Position numbers and translations under genes: made by a program | The notes under the pieces: generated by a model | The model's database searches: none | Seen by the model: only the letters and a program-made list of their open reading frames with translations | What the model was told of the DNA's origin: nothing | Part shown: piece by piece, positions 14,526 through 23,200 of the stretch | Position numbering within the stretch: position 1 is the stretch's first letter | Layout of the letters: each line of letters opens with the position of its first letter | Assembly (NCBI GenBank): GCA_017453985.1 | Contig: JAFTDT010000051.1 | Span: forward strand, 10,083 to 42,082 | Direction: 5' to 3' | Length of the DNA: 32,000 bases | Source of the DNA: Clostridia bacterium | Lineage (GTDB): Bacteria; Bacillota; Clostridia; Oscillospirales; Butyricicoccaceae

Positions 14526-17159
14526 ATGAGCACGGCAAAGGAACTTCCCAAGACCTACGAGCCAAAGGAGACAGAGGAGCGGCTGTACCGGTTTTGGGAG
14601 AAGGGCGGATTTTTCCACGCGGAGATAGATAAAAGCAAAACTCCGTATACGATAGTGCTGCCGCCGCCCAATGTCACGGGGCAGCTCCACATGGGGCACG
14701 CTTTTGACCATACGCTTCAGGACGTGCTTATCCGTACAAAGCGCATGCAGGGATATTCAACGCTGTGGCTGCCCGGTACGGACCATGCCGGCATTGCCAC
14801 GCAGATAAAGGTCGAGGAGGTGCTGCGCGGCGAGGGCTTGAGCCGCTATGACCTCGGACGCGAGAAGTTTTTGGAGCGCGTCTGGGAGTGGAAGAATAAG
14901 TACGGCGGGCGCATCATCGAGCAGCTCAAGCGCATGGGCGCCTCCTGCGACTGGGACCGTCTGCGCTTTACCATGGACGAGGGCTGCTCGCACGCGGTCA
15001 AGGAGGTATTCGTAAATCTCTATAACAAGGGGCTGATATACAAGGGCAGCCGCATCATCAACTGGTGCCCGAAATGCACCACCGCGCTCAGCGACGCCGA
15101 GGTGGAATATTCGGAGAAGCCTGGCCATCTCTGGCATGTGCGCTATCCCATCGAGGACAGCGACGAATATATCGTCATCGCCACCACCCGTCCGGAAACC
15201 ATGCTGGGCGACAGCGGCATCGCCGTGCATCCGGAGGACGAGAGATACAGCCATCTGGTGGGCAAGCACGCCGTGCTGCCGCTGGTAGGCAGACGCATAC
15301 CCATTTTTGCCGACGAATATGTAGAGCGCGAGTTCGGCACCGGCTGCGTCAAGGTGACGCCCTGCCACGACCCCAACGACTTTGAGATGGGGCAGCGGCA
15401 CGGGCTGGAGTTCATACTTGTTATGGACGGCGAGGCGCGCATCAATGAAAACGGCGGCAAATATCAGGGGCTGGAGCGTGACGAGGCGCGCCGGGCGATC
15501 CTTGCCGACCTTGCGGCGGAGGGCTATCTTGTGCGCGAGGAGGAGCACGTGCACAATGTCGGCGCCGGCTACCGCTGCGGCACCACCGTGGAGCCGATGA
15601 CCTCTGCCCAGTGGTTCGTGAAGATGAAGCCGCTGGCAGAGGAGGCGCTGCGCGTCGTGAACGACGGAGAGATACGCTTTGTTCCCGACCGCTTCAGCAA
15701 AATCTACACAAACTGGATGGAGAACGTGCGCGATTGGTGCATATCCCGCCAGCTCTGGTGGGGACACCTCATACCGGCGTGGTACTGCGACGACTGCGGA
15801 CACATGACGGTCAGCAAGGACGAGGTATGCAAATGCGAGAAATGCGGCAGCGCGAATATCCGTCAGGACGAGGACGTGCTGGACACCTGGTTCAGCTCGG
15901 CGCTGTGGCCGTTCTCCACTCTCGGCTGGCCGGAAAAGACGCCGGAGCTGGAATATTTCTATCCTACGAACGTGCTGGTGACCGCATACGACATCATTTT
16001 TTTCTGGGTGGCGCGCATGGTATTCTCCGGCATGGAGCATATGAAGGAGCGCCCGTTCAGGGACGTGTTCATTCACGGCATCGTGCGCGACGCGCAGGGA
16101 CGCAAGATGAGCAAGTCCCTCGGCAACGGCATCGACCCGCTGGATGTAGTCGATAAGTACGGCGCGGACGCCCTGCGCTTTGCGCTGGTGACGGGCAACG
16201 GCCCCGGCAACGACATCCGCTTTTCCTACGAGCGCGTGGAAAACAGCCGCAACTTCTGCAACAAGATATGGAACGCCTCGCGCTTTGTAATGATGAATCT
16301 GACGGTGAGCGATTTTACCCTGCCGGAGCAGCTTGATTTGGAGGACAGGTGGATACTCAGCCGCCTTAACACCGTTACCCGCGAGGTGACGGAGAATATC
16401 GAGAAATACGAGCTGGGCATCGCGGCGGAGAAGCTGAACAGCTTTATCTGGGACAATTACTGCGACTGGTACATCGAGCTGTGCAAGACCCGCCTGACCG
16501 ACCGCGAGGACACGGCGGCAAGCGAGCGGGCGCAGCGCGTGCTGGGCTATGTGCTGGATAAGTTCCTCAGACTGCTGCATCCCTTCATGCCCTTCGTCAC
16601 CGAGTCTATCTGGCAGGCGCTCCCGCACGAGGGCGAGAGCATCATGGTCGCGGAGTGGCCGAAATACGACGAGCGTCTCGCCTTCCCGCGGGAGGAGGCG
16701 GACATGGAGCGCATCATGCAGGCGATACGCGCCGTCCGCACCCGCCGCTCGGAGATGAATGTGCCGCCGTCCAAGCGTGCCGCGCTGCTCATCGTCAGCG
16801 ATATGCCGGAGCTTTTCCGCGATAACGCGGCGTTCTTTAAGCGGCTGGCATGGGCGGATGACGTAAGCGTGAGCGCACAGGCGCCCGCCGACGCGGGCAA
16901 GATGATCTCCTGCGTGACGGAGGCGGCGAAGATATACATGCCGCTCAGCGACCTTGTGGACACGGAAAAGGAGCTGCAGCGGCTGAACAAGGAGCGTGAC
17001 AACGCGCTCAGGCAGATACAGAGCATCAGCGGCAAGCTCGCCAACGAGTCCTTCGTGGCAAAGGCGCCGGAGGCGGTCGTTAATGCGGAGCGGGAAAAGC
17101 TGGCGAAGTTCGAGGAGCTGCTGAGAAAGCTCGACGAGAGCATCGCGGCGCTGGCGTGA
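14526..17159 (+). CDS. valS: Valine--tRNA ligase
   Basis: Class I motifs [14 protein letters not shown] (HIGH) and KMSKSLGN (KMSKS), plus a C-terminal coiled coil. ATG 14526 has GGGAG 8 nt upstream. Confidence 0.95.
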   Translation: MSTAKELPKTYEPKETEERLYRFWEKGGFFHAEIDKSKTPYTIVLPPPNVTGQLHMGHAFDHTLQDVLIRTKRMQGYSTLWLPGTDHAGIATQIKVEEVLRGEGLSRYDLGREKFLERVWEWKNKYGGRIIEQLKRMGASCDWDRLRFTMDEGCSHAVKEVFVNLYNKGLIYKGSRIINWCPKCTTALSDAEVEYSEKPGHLWHVRYPIEDSDEYIVIATTRPETMLGDSGIAVHPEDERYSHLVGKHAVLPLVGRRIPIFADEYVEREFGTGCVKVTPCHDPNDFEMGQRHGLEFILVMDGEARINENGGKYQGLERDEARRAILADLAAEGYLVREEEHVHNVGAGYRCGTTVEPMTSAQWFVKMKPLAEEALRVVNDGEIRFVPDRFSKIYTNWMENVRDWCISRQLWWGHLIPAWYCDDCGHMTVSKDEVCKCEKCGSANIRQDEDVLDTWFSSALWPFSTLGWPEKTPELEYFYPTNVLVTAYDIIFFWVARMVFSGMEHMKERPFRDVFIHGIVRDAQGRKMSKSLGNGIDPLDVVDKYGADALRFALVTGNGPGNDIRFSYERVENSRNFCNKIWNASRFVMMNLTVSDFTLPEQLDLEDRWILSRLNTVTREVTENIEKYELGIAAEKLNSFIWDNYCDWYIELCKTRLTDREDTAASERAQRVLGYVLDKFLRLLHPFMPFVTESIWQALPHEGESIMVAEWPKYDERLAFPREEADMERIMQAIRAVRTRRSEMNVPPSKRAALLIVSDMPELFRDNAAFFKRLAWADDVSVSAQAPADAGKMISCVTEAAKIYMPLSDLVDTEKELQRLNKERDNALRQIQSISGKLANESFVAKAPEAVVNAEREKLAKFEELLRKLDESIAALA

Positions 17160-17171
17160 GGTGTGGCGCGT

Positions 17172-18452
17172 ATGACGTATGAGGAGGCTTTGGAGTATAT
17201 CCACAGCCGCATCCACCTCGGCTCGCGCAAGGGGCTGCGGCGTATCCGCCGCCTGATGGAAAAGCTGGGCGATCCCCAGAAGAAGATGAGGTTCATCCAT
17301 ATCGCCGGCTCCAACGGCAAGGGCAGCACCGCCGCCATGTGCGAGAGCGTGCTGCGCCGCGCCGGCTGGCGCACGGGGCTGTTCGTCTCGCCGTATGTTT
17401 TTGACTTCCGCGAGCGTATGCAGATAAACGGCAGACTGGCGGAAAAGGAGGATGTGACGGCGGCGCTGGAGGCGCTGATACCAGCGCTGGACGAGATGCG
17501 CGCCGAGGACATGGAATGCACGGAGTTTGAGACGGTCACTGCGCTGGCGATACTGCTGTTTCTGCGCTGTGGCTGCGAGATAGTGGTGTTCGAGGTCGGC
17601 ATCGGCGGGCTGCTCGACTGCACTAACGTGATAGACGCGCCGCTGGTGGCGGTGCTGACCTCCGTTTCGCTGGAGCATACGGATATATTGGGCGATACGA
17701 TATCGCTCATCGCGGAGCAGAAGTGCGGGATAATCAAGCCCGGCAGTCGCGTGGCGGCATACTGCGATTTGCCGCCGGAGGCGCTGGAGCAGCTTCGGCT
17801 CGCTTGCCATGCGGCGGGCGCGGAGCCGAACGTGGCGGACATGTCGCGGCTGGAGGTGCTGGAAGCCTCCGCCGCCGGCTCGCGCTTTCGCTATAAGGGT
17901 GAGGAATACCGCATCCGGCTCGCGGGGCGGCATCAGATATACAACGCGCTGACGGCGATAGCCGTGACGGAGGAGCTGGCAAAGGCGGGCTTTCCCATTC
18001 CGGCGGCGGCGCTGCGCGAGGGGCTGGAGCGCACGGAGCTGGTCGGCAGACTGCAAACCGTGCGCGAGACGCCGCACTGCCTCATCGACGGCGCGCACAA
18101 CCCCAAGAAGATAGAGAGTCTGTGCGAGGCGCTGGACGAGCTGTATTCCGGCGTGCCGCTGGTCTGCGTGATGGGTATGCTGAAGAAGAAGGATTACGGC
18201 GCGTGCATACCGATGGTGGCGCGGCGCTGCCGCGTGTTCATCGCCGTCACGCCGGACGCGCCGCTGACTCTGCCCGCCGAGGAAACCGCGGCGATCGCGC
18301 GGGAATACTGCGCGGACGTGCGCGTATGTACCGACGCCCGCGAGGCGGGCAGGCTCGCCGTGAGCCTCGCGCGTGAGGGAGAGCTGGTGCTGGCGTGCGG
18401 CTCGCTGTATTTCCTCAGCGAGGCAAAAGAGGGCTTTACCGCCGATATTTGA
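17172..18452 (+). CDS. folC: Folylpolyglutamate synthase / dihydrofolate synthase
   Basis: MTYEEALEYIHS..., P-loop HIAGSNGKGST, Mur-ligase-like fold motifs. The valS-folC linkage is typical of Firmicutes. The alternative GTG start at 17163 cannot be excluded. Confidence 0.9.
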   Translation: MTYEEALEYIHSRIHLGSRKGLRRIRRLMEKLGDPQKKMRFIHIAGSNGKGSTAAMCESVLRRAGWRTGLFVSPYVFDFRERMQINGRLAEKEDVTAALEALIPALDEMRAEDMECTEFETVTALAILLFLRCGCEIVVFEVGIGGLLDCTNVIDAPLVAVLTSVSLEHTDILGDTISLIAEQKCGIIKPGSRVAAYCDLPPEALEQLRLACHAAGAEPNVADMSRLEVLEASAAGSRFRYKGEEYRIRLAGRHQIYNALTAIAVTEELAKAGFPIPAAALREGLERTELVGRLQTVRETPHCLIDGAHNPKKIESLCEALDELYSGVPLVCVMGMLKKKDYGACIPMVARRCRVFIAVTPDAPLTLPAEETAAIAREYCADVRVCTDAREAGRLAVSLAREGELVLACGSLYFLSEAKEGFTADI

Positions 18453-18481
18453 CAATTTTTAGGGAATAAATACGGTACAAT

Positions 18482-18515
18482 AGCCGTGCAGAAACATCTG
18501 CACGGCTGTTTTTTT
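18482..18515 (+). terminator. Rho-independent terminator after folC
   Basis: agccgtgcag-aaacat-ctgcacggct followed by gttttttt. Confidence 0.85.
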
Positions 18516-18538
18516 ATGCTTATTCGGGAGGGAATGCA

Positions 18539-18844
18539 ATGACGGTAAATCACAGTCTGAGCGACGGGCTGGTAAGGATAGAGCTTCAGGGCGAGCTGGG
18601 GCATCACGAGGCGATCACAGCGATGCAGCGGATAAACGAGATAATCGAGGTGCATCTGCCGCGGCGCGTGCAGCTCGACCTCGCGGGGCTGAGCTTCATG
18701 GACAGCTCCGGCATCGCGGTGGTCATGCGGACGCTGCGCGGCTGCCGCGATATCGGCGCGGCGCTCAGTCTGCAGGGTACGCCGCAGCAGGCGCGGAGGG
18801 TACTCAGCGCCGCCGGGGTGGATAAAGTGGTGGATATAAAGTAA
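18539..18844 (+). CDS. spoIIAA: Anti-sigma-F factor antagonist (STAS domain)
   Basis: 101 aa. The STAS motif with phosphorylatable serine context is DLAGLSFMDSSGIAVV. It is the first gene of a spoIIAA-AB-sigF operon. Confidence 0.9.
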   Translation: MTVNHSLSDGLVRIELQGELGHHEAITAMQRINEIIEVHLPRRVQLDLAGLSFMDSSGIAVVMRTLRGCRDIGAALSLQGTPQQARRVLSAAGVDKVVDIK

Positions 18845-18859
18845 AGGGGGAATACATAA

Positions 18860-19300
18860 ATGAAGAATATCATAAACGAGTTCACGGTCAGGTTTCCCAG
18901 CCGCAGCGCCAACGAGAGCTTTGCCCGCTCTGCGGCGGCGGCGTTCGTGGCGCAGCTCGACCCGACGGTGGAGGAGCTGTACGACATCAAGACCGCCGTT
19001 TCCGAGGCGGTGACGAACTGCATCGTCCACGGCTACCGCGACACACTGGGCAGCATCAGCATGACGGTGCGGCTGTATGAGAACGGCACGGCGGAGATAA
19101 TCGTCCGCGACCGCGGCTGCGGCATCGACGACGTGAAGCTTGCGCGCGAGCCGATGTTCACCACCGGCGGCGCCGACCGCAGCGGCATGGGCTTTACCAT
19201 CATGGAGAGCTTTATGGACAAGCTCTCTGTGCGCTCCGTCGCCGGCTGGGGCACCACTGTCAAGATGAGCAAGCGCCTTACCCGCCGCGAGGCGAAATGA
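18860..19300 (+). CDS. spoIIAB: Anti-sigma-F factor (serine kinase, GHKL)
   Basis: 146 aa. N-box EAVTNCIVHGY, G-boxes DRGCGI and GMGFTIM. The stop overlaps the sigF ATG. Confidence 0.9.
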   Translation: MKNIINEFTVRFPSRSANESFARSAAAAFVAQLDPTVEELYDIKTAVSEAVTNCIVHGYRDTLGSISMTVRLYENGTAEIIVRDRGCGIDDVKLAREPMFTTGGADRSGMGFTIMESFMDKLSVRSVAGWGTTVKMSKRLTRREAK

Positions 19301-20010
19301 GCGGCGGCACGCGCGAGCTGATAGCCGCGGCGCAGCGCGGAGACGGCGAGAGCATGGGGCGGCTGGCGGAGGAAAACGCGCCGCTTATCTGGAGCGTCGT
19401 GCGCCGCTTTATGGGGCGCGGGACGGATGCGGAGGACCTGTTCCAGCTCGGCAGCATCGGCTTTATCAAGGCGGTGCGCGGCTTTGACGAGAGCTTCGGC
19501 ACGCAGTTTTCCACCTATGCCGTGCCCAAGATAGCGGGAGAGATACGGCGTTATCTGCGCGACGACGGCATGATAAAGGTCAGCCGCAGCGTTAAGGAAA
19601 ACGCCGCGAGACTCCGCGCCGCGCGCGAGAGCTTTGAAAAAACGCGGGGGCGCAGCCCGCATATCAGCGAGCTGACAGAGCTGACGGGGCTGAGCGGCGA
19701 GGAAATAACATTGTGCGAGCAGGCGGCGAGCGACGCGCTCTCGCTGGATACGCCGCCGGACGCGGGAGCGCCGCCGCTGGCGGAGGTGCTGCGGGGGGAC
19801 GGCGGCGAGGACAGGCTGGTGGAGAGCCTTGCGCTCTCCGGCGCGATAGAGCGGCTGGAGCCGGTGCAGAAGGCGGTGATAATCCTGCGCTATTTCCGCG
19901 ACCTGACACAGCAAAAGACCGCGCAGATATTGGACATCTCACAGGTGCAGGTCTCGCGGCTGGAAAAGCGCGCCTGCGCCGCCCTGCGGCAGAGCCTCGG
20001 TGAGGACTGA
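19297..20010 (+). CDS. sigF: Sporulation sigma factor SigF
   Basis: 237 aa sigma-70 family protein with regions 2-4 (DLFQLGSIGFIKAVRGFD, FSTYAVPKIAGEIRRYLRD, TQQKTAQILDISQVQVSRLEKRA). It sits downstream of spoIIAB. Confidence 0.88.
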   Translation: MSGGTRELIAAAQRGDGESMGRLAEENAPLIWSVVRRFMGRGTDAEDLFQLGSIGFIKAVRGFDESFGTQFSTYAVPKIAGEIRRYLRDDGMIKVSRSVKENAARLRAARESFEKTRGRSPHISELTELTGLSGEEITLCEQAASDALSLDTPPDAGAPPLAEVLRGDGGEDRLVESLALSGAIERLEPVQKAVIILRYFRDLTQQKTAQILDISQVQVSRLEKRACAALRQSLGED

Positions 20011-20173
20011 TGGAGTCAGACATTCCTTAACTTGCCTCTTTTGCGCCGTCAGGCGTAAGGAAGGTGGTTTTCGCATTGGCGAAAACCGGTGGGATTCTAT
20101 TGGATTGTCTTATGTCGCAGCGCACCGTAGGGCGGGGGTTTATCTCCCGCCGTTTGACTGAGGCACGGCGCAG

Positions 20174-20216
20174 AAAAACCGCAGGGCGGCGCAAGCTTGC
20201 GCCGCCCTGCGGTTTT
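20174..20216. terminator. Bidirectional rho-independent terminator between sigF and the convergent surface-protein gene
   Basis: A 34-nt perfect palindrome ccgcagggcggcgcaagcttgcgccgccctgcgg (20179-20212), flanked by aaaaa on the left and tttt on the right. Confidence 0.85.
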
Positions 20217-20228
20217 ATTTACTCAGCC

Positions 20229-23200
20229 TTACTTTTTCCATGCCTCCAGCGTGAGGTACATTATTGTTCTCCAGTCGTTGGAGTCTACAATATCGCGCCA
20301 TTGGGCTTCGTCTGCGGAATTGCTGATGGCTTTGCCGTCTATGTCCGCCATAAGTATCCACAGATTATAGTCCTCGTTTTCGTTGAGCGTGACCGTGTAT
20401 CCGGCGTCGCTCGGCTTGGTATCGCGGCTGCTCGGCGCCTCCAGCGCCCAGCGCATGACATTCGCCCAGTCGTTGGCGTCCATCTCGCCGTCCAAATTGA
20501 CGTCGCCGGGGGTGGCGAGGAGATATTCCCTGCCCTCCAGCGTGAGGCGCACTGCGCCGGGGGCGAGGGAGGTCAGCTCGATGTGTACGCCGCCGTCGTC
20601 ATAGGCGCGGATGTGCATGACGGGTACGATCTCGCCGTTTTGCTTCGCATAGCTCAAGATCCGCTCATCTTCGGGCGAGCTGTCGCTCTCCGTCAGCGTC
20701 AGCCTCTCAAATCCTATGCTTCCGCCTGCGTTCCGCACTGCCCGCTCGAATGTCGCGCCGTTCAGCGCGGTCAGCGCATCACCCGGCGTGCTTGCGCCAA
20801 GGACGCGCAGCGTCATGCTGATGTTGTCCGGGTCATAGCCGTAGGTATTCGGCTCGCCGGTGCCGCCCGCCGTGCGGCTCATGCCCTCAGACCGCAGTAT
20901 CTTGCCGACGGTAAACGGCTCGCCGTCCTCGCTCAGCAGCCCCACGTCATCTGTAACCGTGAAGGACACCGTACAGCTTCCGAGGGTTACTTCGTACGTG
21001 CCGTCGCCGTCAACGTCGTACTCAAGCGTCAGCACCGTTTCGTAATAACCCGCATCAAGCCCCTCTCTCGGAGCCGCGCGGAAAAGCTCCGCGTTGTCAA
21101 ATCCTCCGTTGATACCCAGCATACCCGCGCCGCTGTTGAAATAGGGGATGATATCCTCATTATCCGCATAGACACGGATTTTCGCGGGGTCAAGCGGCAC
21201 GCTGGAGTGGTTGACAAAGTAGATGCTCTGGGAAAAGTCCGCGGGGTCATAGCCCTCGCGCGCAGTGCCGAGATGCTTATCGGATATGGTCACGCTATAT
21301 GTCGGCAGAAAGTCAAATCTGAGAGTCACCGAGCGATTATCTCCGGAGATTCTTATGATGATTTCGTTAATGAGGTCGGCGGGTATATCCTTGAACACGG
21401 CGGTCATATCCTCCCGCGGCGCAAACTGATAGCCCTCGTCCGCCTTGAACTGCGCGTCGAACTGGTACATCTTGCCCTGCTCAAACTTCTCACCCGCCGC
21501 CATTTGGTGCCTATCCGTAAGATTGTACCAATGAGGCGTCCCGACAATGCTGTAATGCGCGTCTGCGGGGAGCGTCCACGAGGTCGTGTCGGGAGCCTTG
21601 CCGACGAGGGGAGCCGTGCCGCCCTCCAGCGCGACCTCGGTTATCGGTATGGGAGGCATCGGACCCTTGTAATAAATATAGCCACCAAGATTGGAATAGA
21701 CCTCAATAATGCCGTTGGTCAGAATATACGGATTGATTGGCAGAATATATCCCGGCGCGATGACCGAGGACAGGTCGGGCGAGACGATGAAGTAATGCTT
21801 GCCATACTCAAAGGTCGGCGTGGTCATAGGTACTGCCTCGGAAAAAAAGTGGCTATCGCCCTCGTACCACACGACGGCGACGCTGTCCACGGTCAGTCCG
21901 CCCGCCGGCTCTGTCTGCACCTGCATGACCGTGGACGGGACTGCGCCTGTCACAGCCTCCTCAATGGTAAAGCGCAGTTCCCTTATCTCCACCGGCTCGC
22001 TGGCGGTAAAGATATGTCTCACGCCGAGGCAGCGTATACCCGGTATCTCGGTTACGATCGTTACCTCGTCCGGCTCCATGCCGTTGACGGTCGCCGTTGC
22101 AGCATCGTCAAAGAAATATCCGTCCTTCGGCATGAGTATCGTGATAAGCTCATATTCCCTGCCTGCCTCAAAGACGTCGCCCGCCTGCGCCGGCTCCATG
22201 CGGCCGTCCTTCATGACGCCCCAAGCGGAGGCGAATACGACATAGCCCGCGCCGTCCTCGACGCCGACGTCCACCGATAAAAAGTCACCTGCGTTTCGGC
22301 GGACGGGTATCGGCGCTCCGATGACGGGCTCCGCCACCGTCAGCGCGGCGGACTCTATCGCATCCTCCGGCAGAGTGGGGTCAAGCGGGTTGATGGGATA
22401 CCAGACGTAGAAGTCGCCCGACGGCAGCCAGGGCGGCGCGTCCACGGCAGTGCCGTTCACGTTCACGACCGTGTCGGCGTCGAACAAGCAATCGCTTTGC
22501 TTGCACTGGAACTCAACAACGGCATAGTAGGTCTTGTCCTCGTAAACGCCGCTGACGGCAGTGCCGTATGGCGCATCGTCTATACTTGCAACCCTTGCAT
22601 AATAGTCCGTGCCGCCCGGCGCGGTGAAAATGGCGGACGGGTCTATCGTGTCGCCGATACGGGGCGTGCGAAAGGTCGCCTCGGCAGAGTGCAGGACGGT
22701 GTACTCATTCCAGAGGGCATAGAGCGTGAGGTCTGCGTTGATAACGGTAACATCAAACCTGCAAAGCTCCGTGCATTCAGCATCAAGATACCAGTCATCG
22801 AGCATGTATTTGCCGTCGATAAGCTCATTCGGGAAGTATGTATCCCACAGCTCTCCTAACTCTATCGCATCATGAAGGTTCATGCCTGCGGCGACCTTCA
22901 GCGGCGGGAACTCGCCGTGGCCGTTGCCGTCAAAGGTGACGGTGTAGAACACCGAAGGCGCGATCTTTACATATTTGTATGCGGAGCTGCTGCCGCCCAG
23001 AGCAGCCATGCCGTCCCACGCTGTCGCGCCCGCGGACGAAGCGGCTGTATTCACCCGCACGGCAGGCGCGGGAGCGTAGCCGGAAAGGTCGGGGTCATGT
23101 CCAAAAGCTGCGCTGTTGCCTCTTGCCTCCACCGTGCCGCCGTTGATGGTGTAGACGTGCTCGCCGCTTTGATCATTGCCGACGCCGTAGCTTCCACTCT

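Noticed and set aside
14757-18455. 1232-aa ORF on the minus strand spanning the antisense of valS and folC
   Set aside because: It is exactly antisense to two confidently identified genes. Its composition is dominated by R/A/H/L/Q/G, as expected for the antisense frame of high-GC coding DNA. It has no recognisable motifs or RBS. It is a classic stop-codon-poor shadow ORF.
20064-22280. 738-aa plus-strand ORF overlapping the giant surface-protein gene
   Set aside because: It is antisense to a gene with a clear signal peptide, domain structure and terminator. It starts inside the sigF/surface-gene intergenic hairpins and has an Arg/Ala/Val/His-rich, low-information sequence.
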